From positions 3,136,001 through 3,200,000 of the forward strand of contig OY762911.1 in NCBI GenBank assembly GCA_963666565.1: 64,000 nucleotides of DNA, written 5' to 3'. The stretch's first letter is position 1. Each line of letters begins with the position of its first letter. The notes beneath the pieces were generated by a model. That model saw nothing but the letters and a program-made list of their open reading frames with translations, ran no database searches and was not told the origin of the DNA. The DNA is from Thermoanaerobaculia bacterium. Its GTDB lineage: Bacteria > Acidobacteriota > Thermoanaerobaculia > Multivoradales > Multivoraceae. Both the position numbers and the translations under genes were made by a program. This document shows positions 18,758-28,097 of this stretch, one piece after another.

Positions 18758-21201
18758 GGCCGACCTCCGTCACGCCGAATCGACACGGACACCCCGAACC
18801 AAACTTGACTCAACTGTTAAGACGCCCCTTGTTCAAGGAGTCTAGCCCTCGTCGGTGCCTGCGGCCGGGCCTTCCTGCTGGCGAAGGGCGACACGGCACG
18901 GACTTTCGTGGACGGAGCCTACAGTTGGACGAGCAACGCCGGCCCTTGCGACTACGTGGTCACCTTCGTTCACGAGATCGGCCACGGTCTGGGCGCCCAC
19001 CACGATCCGGCCAGCGCCAAGCAGCCGCAGAGGGCATTCAGGCCGTACGGCTTCGGCCACGGAGACATCGACGTGATGCCGAGCATCGGGACTGCGGTGA
19101 GCAATCTGGGCCAGATCGAGCCGTTCTTCTCCACGCCGCGGATCCGGACCTGGGGCGTGGCGGCCGGCATCGCGGGAGCGCGGGACAACGAGCGGCTGTT
19201 GCGGGAAACGGTCCACATCGGCGCTCGGTACAGCGACTACCTGCGTTCCGTGGAGGGAGTTCCGGCGCCGCCGAGCGACCTTCGGATGATGTGGCGCGAC
19301 GGTGCTTTCGCGCGCCTCTCGTGGAAGGGCAACGCGCCGGATGCGGACGGATACGAGGTCCGGTGCTTCGAAGGCTCCGATCCACTCATCCTGCGGGTCG
19401 AGGGCCGCACCGAGGCGACGGTTCCTCTGGAACGCCGTGAACCGGGCACGGTCTACCGGTGCCATGTGCTGGCGACGAAAGGCGAAGTGCCATCGCTGCG
19501 GAGCGGTTTCGTCTATCTGGTCATCCCCGGCGAGCCGCTCAAGGCGCCGTCGGACGTGGTCGTTGATGCCGGCGCCTCACGCCTGGACGTCCATTGGACG
19601 GACAATTCGGATAACGAAATCGGGTTCGACGTGCTGCTAATGGAGGACGGCGACCCGATCGCGCGTGCATGGGCCTCGGCAGACGAGACGAGCGTCCCGT
19701 TTTCTGCCTCACGGGTAGAGCCTCAGGATCGCGAGTACGAAGTCACGGTGTACGCAACACACCGGACCGCCCGTTCCGAGAGTAGCGAGTCGGCGACTTC
19801 CCGCTGGCGAGATCATCCGTTGGTTCCGGGCCCGGTCGCCGCTCTCACCGTCACGGCCATCGGGCCCACGACGGTACGGGTCAGTTGGACGGGCAACCCG
19901 GAGAGTGACAGCTACGCGGTCGACTCCCGTCTTGCGGGCTGGCTCCACTCTATCTGGCCGCTGCAGGCCGAGTCGGTGGACATCGAGGGCCTCGCCCGGG
20001 GCGGTCGCTACACGTTCGGAGTGTATGCCGCCAACGAGTACGGCCAGAGCTTGCCGTCCCTGGCCCACCTGACCCTGGGATCTCGCGGTGCGGGCCCGCG
20101 GGCGCCCTCGGAGGTTTACGTCGTCGAATCCGGGGTCCACTGGACGACCTTGGGTTGGAAAGACAACTCCAACGACGAACTGGGCTTCGAAGTTCAATGG
20201 GGGGGCACCAGGTCGGCACTCGTCCCTCCGGACACGACGACGACTGTCATCTCAAGCGATTTCGTCAACCGCCGATCAGAGCTGAGGGTGTTTGCGTACA
20301 ACGAGCGCGGCTTCTCCCTACCCGGCGTGCTCGGCGCTGCGCCTCCTGGCGGCCGCTGCGAGGCCGACGCTGAGACGCTCTGCCTGCGGGACTCGCGCTT
20401 CGAGGTGAAGATGAGGTGGCGGAACGCCGCCGGGGAATCCGGTGCCGGGCGGGTCGCTAACGCGGGCGCCAAGGACTCGGGCCTCTTTTACTTCTTCGAT
20501 CCGGAGAATTGGGAGGTGCTGATCAAGGTGCTGGACGGCTGCTCGGTCAACGGCCGGATGTGGGTGCTTGGCGCCTCGACGACCGATCTTTGGTACCGAA
20601 TCGACGTGAAGGACACGTTGATGGGGGACTCTCGGTCCTACTGGAACGAGCCCGGCCAGCCGGCGCCGGCGATCGTGGACACGGAGGCGTTTCCCCTGCC
20701 CTGCGGCACGGCCGCGACGACCGGTTCGCCGTTCGCGAAGCCACTTGGCGGCAAGGCATCCAGGCGCCCCGCGGCGGGGGCGAGAGCCTCCGTCCCCGAA
20801 GTGGCGGCGGGTCGGGCTGCGGAGCGGTGCGAGGCCGGCGCAACGACGCTGTGTCTGGGGAGCGGGCGGTTCGCGGTGGGCATCGAGGCGTCCACGTTGG
20901 ACGGCGAGCGGCGCGAGGGCCTTGTCGCGCGGGCAGGCACGGACAGGTCTGGCCTCTTCCACTTCTTCGACCCGGAGAACTGGGAGGTGCTGGTGAAGGT
21001 GCTGGACGGCTGCGCGATCAACGGGCACCACTGGGTGTTCGCCGCCTCGGCGACCGACATGGGCCTCGACCTGCGCGTGGAGGACGCGGTGACCGGGGCG
21101 GCGAAGAGGTACGGCACGACCGCCGGGCAGCCGGCCCCGGCGATCGTGGACACGGAGGCGTTGGCCTGCGCCGCCGGCGCGGTGCGCGGCGGGGACAACG
21201 C

Positions 21202-24200
21202 ATGAGTCCGTTGCCTCCCGTGTTGGCCGGATTGCGACGTGCAGCGGCGCCGTGCGGCTTGGCGGCGGCGCTGCTGCTGGCGACGGCGCCGGCGGCTCAG
21301 GCGCAACGGCTGCTGACGCTCGTCCCGAGCGTTGCGGAGGCGTCCTCTGCTGACGGTCCCGGCCCGTCGATCGGGCCGGTTCCGACGGCGGTGGAAGTGG
21401 ACCTGGAGTTGCTGCGCAGCGCGCCGCTCTGGCTGGAAGTGCCGACGCCGGACGGCAGCGTTCTCTCGGCGGAGCGGAGCGTGTTCGAGGATCGCGGCGG
21501 CGGCGACCTGATGTGGTCGGGCGGCCATCCCGACGCGGGATACGACACGGTGGTGCTTACGGTGGAGGGCGGCCGTCTGGTGGGCCGGTTCGGCGCGGCG
21601 GGCGGCGGGGCGTACCAGATCCACGCGGCGTCGGACGGCCGGGGCGGCATGGCGCCGGTCGGCGGTCCGCGGCCGGAGGGGGTGCCGTTCTGCGGGGTGG
21701 AGACGGTCCCGGAGGCCGCCCGCGATGCCGCGGCCCATGTCCGGTCAGGGTCCCGCGCAGCCCATCCTCCCCAGCCAGTCAGCAATCCGCAGAGCCACGA
21801 CCGGCTGGACATCCTTGTGGGGTACACGGCGACGGCGGCGAGGAATTGGGCCGGCATCGGCGGCCCCGAGGCTGCGATCCGCCACGCGGGCGACTATCTG
21901 AAGATGGTCTTTCGGAACAACGAGCTGCCGGTGGAGCCGCACATCGTGCACATCGCACAGGCGTCGGCCGCGCTGGACCGGGTGGGCAGAGACCTTGGCT
22001 ATCACGAGCGCCACATGCTCAACGGCGATCCCCTTGCAGACTTGCCGGAGCTGGACGGGGAACTGCGGTACCTGCGTCACAAGCACCGTGCCGACCTGCT
22101 GCATCTGTTCACGGGCGAGCCTGCGCTCCTGCTGGGTGCCTGCGGCGCGGCGCTTCAGCTAGAGGGCAGTACCGCGGAGAAGTTCGCGCCCTGGGCCTAC
22201 GGCTGGACCACGAACAACCCGTTGTGGTGCGATGACTACGCTGTCACCTTCGCGCACGAAATCGGCCACGGTCTTGACGCCAGCCACGACACCAGCGGGC
22301 TCGGCCACTCGGCGGATCTCCTGTACAGGCCGTACGCCGTTGGCCATGTGAACTACGACGCGATGCCGACGATCGGCACCGCGATGAGCTATCGGGGCCA
22401 GATCGAACCGTTGTTCTCCACTCCCCGGATCCGGCCCTGGGCCGCGGCTGTCGGCGTCGTCGGTGAGGCGGACAACGAACGGAGGCTGCGCGAGACGGTC
22501 CACACCGGGGCGCGGTACAGCGACTACCTGGTGTCGGTGGAGGGCCTTCCGGCGCCGCCGAGCGATCTCCGGGTTTGGATGGACGGCGGCGTCGCACGTC
22601 TCTCCTGGCGGGACAGTGCGCCGGACGCGGAAGGATATGAGGTTGAGTATCGGTGGTCTGAGCGGGGGGCGGGCTGGCGCAGATTCTCTCTGATCCGGGT
22701 CGGGGGCCGGTCCGGGGCGACCGTCCCCTTGAGGCTCACGGAACCAGGCACGCGCCACGAATTCGTGGTGAGAGCGCTGAAAGGCGGGGCGCGGTCACTT
22801 CGCAGCGACCGAGTCATGCTCGTGCTTCCCGGCGAGCCCGTAGCGACGCCATCGGACGTTTCCGTGACGATCAGTCCCGGCTTGGTGCGAATGGTCGTTC
22901 ACTGGACCGACAACTCGGACAACGAATCGGGTTTCGACGTGCAGCTTCTCCAGAATGGCGAAGTGTTGGCGCGAAGTCGGGTCGCGGCGGACAGCGAGAA
23001 GTCCAGTCTCGATGGGTTATGGGTGATGGCTCAAGGTGGTGCCGAGTACGGCGTACGGGTGTTCGCCTACAACTCGGCGGGCTACTCCGAGAGCAGCGAA
23101 GTGGCGACCTTCCGTTGGGCGCATCCTTACGCTCCGCGACCGGTCGCCGGCGTTTCCGTGACGGCCGTCGGACCGACGACGGTGCGCGTCGCCTGGACGA
23201 TCGATCCGGAGGTTCTCCGCTACCACGTCTATGCCGAGCTTCCGAACTGGGACGACATACGCTCGGGTCATCAGTGGTACAACGTTTCCGGCGGCACTGC
23301 GTGGACGGACTTCGAGAACCTCGCCCGGGGCGGCCGCTACAGGTTCCGCCTATCCGCCGAAGGACGGCACACATCCGCCGAAGGAGAGCGAGGCTGGAGT
23401 GCGCGTTCCTGGCACTACCTGACCCTGGGCGAACGCGGCGTGGGACCGGCGGCGCCTTCGGACCTCTCCTTGGTGAAAATGGACGATGGGCGGATCCGCG
23501 TCAGTTGGCGAGACAGGTCGGACGAGGAACTGGGCTTCGAAGTCCAGAGCGATTCCACCGAGACCCGCAACTGGGAGAGGGAGCTCACGGTGCCCGCAGG
23601 TACGGAATCGGTCGCCTTTACGCCATTCGTAGACTTCGCGCCCTCCCCAAGGAACATCCGGGTATTTGCCTACAACGAGCGCGGGTACTCCCTGGCCGCG
23701 TCGCCCGCCGGCTCCTGTCGAGAGGACGCGAGGACGCTCTGCCTGCGGCACTCCCGTTTCGAGGTGAAGATGGAGTGGCGGACCGCCTCCGGCGAGGCCG
23801 ACGCGGGACGGGCCGTACTTTCGGGCACCAACGAGTCCGGCCTCTTCTACTTCTTCGATCCGGAGAATTGGGAGGCGCTGATCAAGGTGCTGGACGGTTG
23901 CGCGATCAATGGGCGGATGTGGGTTCTGGGCGCCTCGACGACGGACCTGGGGTACCGGATCGAGGTCACCGACACGGTCACGGGCGAGTCACGGTCGTAC
24001 GGGAACGAGCCGGGCCAGCCGGCGCCCGCGATCGTGGACACGGCGGCCTTCCCCCGGGCTTGTGACGGTGCCGTAGCGGCCGGTTCGGGGTCGTCCGCGA
24101 CCGTTGGGGACAGACGGTTCATCGGGTCAACGGCAGGAGAGGCAGGCTCAGCGTCCGCGGCCGCGGCCGCGGCCTCGGGCCGGACCGCGGGAGCGTGCCA

Positions 24201-24561
24201 ACCCGATGCCGGGACGCTGTGTCTCGGCGAGGGTCGGTTCTCGTTGGGAATCGAGGCGTCCACGATGGACGAGGAGCGGCGCGAGGGCCGAGTCGCGCGG
24301 CTGGGCACGAACAAGTCTGGCCTGTTCCATTTCTTCCAGCCGGAGAACTGGGAGGTGCTGGTGAAGGTGCTGGACGGCTGTGCGATCAATGGCCGCCACT
24401 GGGTGTTCGCCGCCTCGGCGACCGACCTGGGACTCGACCTTCGGGTGAAGGACACGATGACCGGGGGGACGAAGACGTACGGCACGACCGCCGGGCAGCC
24501 GGCCCCGGCGATCGTGGATACGGAGGCGTTCGACTGCGCTGCCGGCGCGGCGGGGCGCTGA
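21202..24561 (+). CDS. Metzincin peptidase-FN3 surface protein, copy 2 (1119 aa)
   Basis: Signal peptide, PFCGV Cys-switch-like prodomain motif, HEIGHGLDASHD, Met-turn TAMSY, FN3 repeats, two Cys-rich C-terminal domains; ATGA overlap with copy 1. Confidence 0.88.
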   Translation: MSPLPPVLAGLRRAAAPCGLAAALLLATAPAAQAQRLLTLVPSVAEASSADGPGPSIGPVPTAVEVDLELLRSAPLWLEVPTPDGSVLSAERSVFEDRGGGDLMWSGGHPDAGYDTVVLTVEGGRLVGRFGAAGGGAYQIHAASDGRGGMAPVGGPRPEGVPFCGVETVPEAARDAAAHVRSGSRAAHPPQPVSNPQSHDRLDILVGYTATAARNWAGIGGPEAAIRHAGDYLKMVFRNNELPVEPHIVHIAQASAALDRVGRDLGYHERHMLNGDPLADLPELDGELRYLRHKHRADLLHLFTGEPALLLGACGAALQLEGSTAEKFAPWAYGWTTNNPLWCDDYAVTFAHEIGHGLDASHDTSGLGHSADLLYRPYAVGHVNYDAMPTIGTAMSYRGQIEPLFSTPRIRPWAAAVGVVGEADNERRLRETVHTGARYSDYLVSVEGLPAPPSDLRVWMDGGVARLSWRDSAPDAEGYEVEYRWSERGAGWRRFSLIRVGGRSGATVPLRLTEPGTRHEFVVRALKGGARSLRSDRVMLVLPGEPVATPSDVSVTISPGLVRMVVHWTDNSDNESGFDVQLLQNGEVLARSRVAADSEKSSLDGLWVMAQGGAEYGVRVFAYNSAGYSESSEVATFRWAHPYAPRPVAGVSVTAVGPTTVRVAWTIDPEVLRYHVYAELPNWDDIRSGHQWYNVSGGTAWTDFENLARGGRYRFRLSAEGRHTSAEGERGWSARSWHYLTLGERGVGPAAPSDLSLVKMDDGRIRVSWRDRSDEELGFEVQSDSTETRNWERELTVPAGTESVAFTPFVDFAPSPRNIRVFAYNERGYSLAASPAGSCREDARTLCLRHSRFEVKMEWRTASGEADAGRAVLSGTNESGLFYFFDPENWEALIKVLDGCAINGRMWVLGASTTDLGYRIEVTDTVTGESRSYGNEPGQPAPAIVDTAAFPRACDGAVAAGSGSSATVGDRRFIGSTAGEAGSASAAAAAASGRTAGACQPDAGTLCLGEGRFSLGIEASTMDEERREGRVARLGTNKSGLFHFFQPENWEVLVKVLDGCAINGRHWVFAASATDLGLDLRVKDTMTGGTKTYGTTAGQPAPAIVDTEAFDCAAGAAGR

Positions 24562-24600
24562 GTGGAGGTTGGTCACGACGGCGAAGGGAGGGCGACTGAA

Positions 24601-24726
24601 ATGAAGGACGCGGCGACTTCGAGAACGGTCGGATCCGGCGGTGCAGCGCTTCGCCGCGGGGCGGCGGGCTTGTTCGTCGTCCTGGCGTTCACGGCCGGCG
24701 CGGCGCGCGGCGGGGACAACGCATGA
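24601..24726 (+). pseudogene. 41-aa truncated signal-peptide stub homologous to the N-terminus of the giant Ig-repeat protein
   Basis: MKDAATSRTVGSGGAALRRGAAGLFVVLAFTAGAARGGDNA* versus MGAVTMTSGRSGRGGARRRRGMAGFFLVLASVAGAASGGDDA at 31274. Confidence 0.7.
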
Positions 24727-27700
24727 GTCCGTTGCCTCCCGTGTTGGCCGGATTGCGACGTGCAGCGGCGCCGTGCGGCCTGGCGGCGGCGCTGCTGCTG
24801 GCCACGGCCCCGGCGGCTCAGGCGCAACGGCTGCTGACGCTCGTCCCGGGCGTTGCGGAAGCGTCCTCAACGGACGGTCCCGGCCCGTCGATCGGGCCGG
24901 TTCCGACGGCGGTGGAAGTGGACCTGGAGTTGCTCCGCAGCGCGCCGCCCTGGCTGGAGGTGCCGACGCCGGACGGCAGCGTCCTCTCGGCGGAGCGGAG
25001 CGTGTTCGAGGATCGCGGCGGCGGCGACCTGATGTGGTCGGGCGGCCGCCCGGACGCGGGGTACGACTCGGTGGTGCTGACGGTGGAGGGCGGCCGCCTG
25101 GTGGGCCGGTTCGGGGCCGCGGGCGGAGGCGCCTACCAGATCCACGCTGCCTCGGACGGCCGGGGCGGCATGGCGCCGGTGGGCGGTCCGCGGCCGGAGG
25201 GCGTGCCGCTCTGCGAGGTGGAGACAATCGAGGAGCACCCCCGCGACGCCGCGGCCCATGCCCGGGCGGGGTCCCACGCAGCCGATCTTCCCGTGCCGGT
25301 GAGCAGTCCGCAGAGCCACGACCGGCTGGACATCCTGGTGGCGTACACGGCGACGGCGGCGGAGAACTGGGCGGGCATCGGCGGCCCCGAGGCGGCGATT
25401 CGCCACGCGGGCGACTACCTGAAGATGGTGTTTCGGAACAACGAACTGCCGGTCGAGCCGCACATCGTCCACGCCTTTCAGACGTCCGCCGTTCTCGACC
25501 GGGCAGCGCGAGACCAACGCTCCCCGTGGCGGGGACTGTTGGATGGGCTCCGTGACGATGGAGACGTGTTGCGCCTGCGCCACGAACACCGGGCGGACCT
25601 AGTTCATCTCTTCACGGGCGAAGGTCCGGCGCTTGTCGGTCCGTGCGGCCGGGCCTTTCCCCTGTTGAAGGGCGATACGGCATGGCACTTTCACTCGTCA
25701 CCCTACGCTTGGACGAGCAACGCCGGCTACTGCGACTACGTGGTCACCTTCGTTCACGAGATTGGCCACAACCTGGGCGCCAACCACAATCCGGGCAGCA
25801 CGCGTTTCCCGGAGAGCGCGTTCAGGCCGTACGGCTTCGGCCACGGAGACACCGACGTGATGCCGAGCATCGGGACGGCCGTGAGCAACCTGGGCCAGAT
25901 CGAGCCGTTCTTCTCCACGCCGCGGATCAGGCCCTGGGGCGCCGTCGTCGGCTTCGCGGGAGCGCGGGACAACGAGCGGCTGTTGCAGGAAACGGTCCAC
26001 ATCGGCGCGCGCTACAGCGACTACCTGCATTCGCTGGAGGGAGTGCCGGCGCCGCCGAGCGACCTTCGGATACGGCGCGAAGGCGAGTTCCTGCGCCTCT
26101 CCTGGAAGGGCAACGCGCCGGACGCCGACGGATACGAGGTGCGGTGTTTCGGCGGTCACGACCCCACCCTTCGGGTCGAGGGTCGCAGCGAGGCAACGAT
26201 TCCGCTGGAACGCCCTGAACCGGGCACGACGTACAAGTGCTGGGTGGTGGCGACGAAGGGCGAGGAGCGGTCGCTGCGCAGCGGCTACGCCTTCCTGAGC
26301 ATCCCCGGCGAGCCTGTCGCGGCGCCGTCGGACGTGGTCGTGGAGCCCTCATCGTCGGTCCTGACGGTCCGTTGGCGGACAATTCGGACAACGAATTCGG
26401 GTTCGAGATGCTGCTGCTGGAGGGCGACGAGCCGATCGCGCGCGAGTGGGTGTCGGTGGGGGCGGAGGGGTACTTCTGGGCTACGAAGGTACAGCCTCGG
26501 GACCGCGACTACCGGGTGAAGGTGTTCGCAAGTAACCCCACCGCCCGTTCCGAGAGCGCCGAGTCGGAGACCTTTCGTTGGCGCAGACATCCGCTGGCCC
26601 CGGAACCTGTCACGGATCTCACCGCCACGGCCGTCGGGCCGACGACGGCGAGGATCAGTTGGACGGGCGGTCGCGGCAGCGACCACTACTCGGTCACGGC
26701 TCGTCTTGAACGCTGGTACCACTCGATCTGGCCTCTTCACGGCGAATCGGTGGACATCGAGGGCCTCGCCCGGGGCGGGCGCTACACGTTCGAAGTCAAG
26801 CCCGGCAACGAGTATGGCTACAGCCCGCCATCCTGGGGGCATTTGACCTTGGGGGCCCGGAGCACGGGGCCGCGGGCGCCCTCGGACCTCTCCTGGGTCG
26901 TCGAAGGAGAAGCGGCCCGCCTGAACTGGAAGGACACCTCAGACGACGAGCTGGGTTTCGAGGTTCAGTTGAGGTCCATCAGGGTAGCCCTCCTCCCTCC
27001 CAACACGGAGACGGCCGTCTTCCCTCTAACGAACGAGACGGTCGTCAGCCAACCGCATTTTCTAAGGGTATTCGCATACAACGAGCGCGGCTTCTCCCTG
27101 CCCGGCGTGCTCGGCGCTGCGCCTCCTGGCGGGCGCTGCGAGGCCGACGCTGAGACGCTCTGCCTGCGGGACTCGCGCTTCGAGGTGAGGATGAGGTGGC
27201 GGAACGCCGCCCGGGAGTACGACGCCGGGCGGGTCGTTCCCGCGGGGACGAACGACTCGGGCCTCTTCCACTTCTTCGATTCGGAGAACTGGGAGGTGCT
27301 GATCAAGGTCCTGAACGGCTGCGCGATCAACGACCGGATGTGGGTGCTTGGCGCTTCGACGACCGATCTTTGGTACCGAATCGACGTGAAGGACACGTTG
27401 ATGGGCGACTCTCGGTCTTACTGGAACGAGCCCGGCCAGCCGGCGTCGGCGATCGTGGACACGGAGGCGTTCCCCCTGGCCTGCGGCGACGCGGCGACGG
27501 CCGGTGCGCGGTCCGTGGAGTCCCCCGGCGGCGGGGCCTTCAGCCGGCTAGCAGCCGCGCGAGCGAGAGCTTCCGTACGCGGGCTCGTGGCGACGGACGA
27601 AGCGACGGGACGGTGCAAGGCCGGCCCGGCGACGCTGTGCCTCGGCAGCGGCCGGTTCTCGCTGGGAATCGAGGCGTCCACGTTGGACGGCGAGCGGCAC

Positions 27701-27979
27701 CAAGGCCTCGTCGCGCGGGCGGGCACGGACAAGGCGGGCCTCTTCTGGTTCTTCGACCCGGAGAACTGGGAGGTGCTGGTGAAGGTGCTGGACGGCTGCG
27801 CGATCAACGGACACTACTGGGTGTTCGCCGCCTCGGCGACCGACATGGGCCTCGACCTGCGGGTGGCGGACGCGGTGACCGGGGCGGCGAAGAGGTACGG
27901 CACGACCGCCGGGCAGCCGGCCCCGGCGATCGTCGACACGGAGGCGCTGGCCTGTGTTGGCGGCGCGGGGGCGCGTTGA
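24723..27979 (+). pseudogene. Metzincin peptidase-FN3 surface protein, copy 3, with a 1-nt deletion frameshift at ~26375
   Basis: HEIGHNLGANHN; cgttggcggacaattcggac versus copy 1 cattggacggacaattcggat; ORFs 24723-26519 and 26237-27979 join if 1 nt is added (may be a sequencing error). Confidence 0.8.
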
Positions 27980-28097
27980 GCGGAGGTTCGACACGACGGC
28001 GGCGGCCTGCGGTCCCGACATTTCGAGGTCTGGTCGCATCAATGGGTATGATTCTGGTTCCCATTGCCTCAACGGTCGTGCTGATCGCAGTCTCCCG

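Larger units (their letters stand above)
16980..18843 (+). mobile_element. 1,864-bp TIR-less insertion element inserted at CTAG
   Basis: Boundaries set by comparison with paralog copy 3: left junction GGCCT|AACGAGG, right junction GGAGTCT|AGCCCTC. CTA is shared at both junctions, so the ends are ambiguous by up to 3 nt. No terminal inverted repeats. Confidence 0.92.
16084..21205 (+). pseudogene. Metzincin (reprolysin/M12-like) peptidase-FN3 surface protein, copy 1, interrupted by a mobile element
   Basis: Removing 16980-18843 restores an in-frame 1085-aa ORF (...HLFTGEGLALVGACGRAF..., cf. copy 3 GEGPALVGPCGRAF); HEIGHGLGAHHD; FN3 repeats (WTDNSDNE); two Cys-rich C-terminal domains. Confidence 0.9.

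Noticed and set aside
16978-18844. Classical DDE IS with a 3-bp TSD (CTA), or an IS110/IS200/IS91 element
   Set aside because: No terminal inverted repeats and no DDE, DEDD or HUH motif recognised. A 3-bp TSD remains formally possible but fits less well than a fixed CT^A core.
20509-21201. Upstream extensions in the ORF track for copy 2, and likewise for copy 4, the adhesin, the RND/MFP/ABC genes and the TonB receptor
   Set aside because: They overlap real upstream genes; signal peptides and stop/start overlaps define later starts
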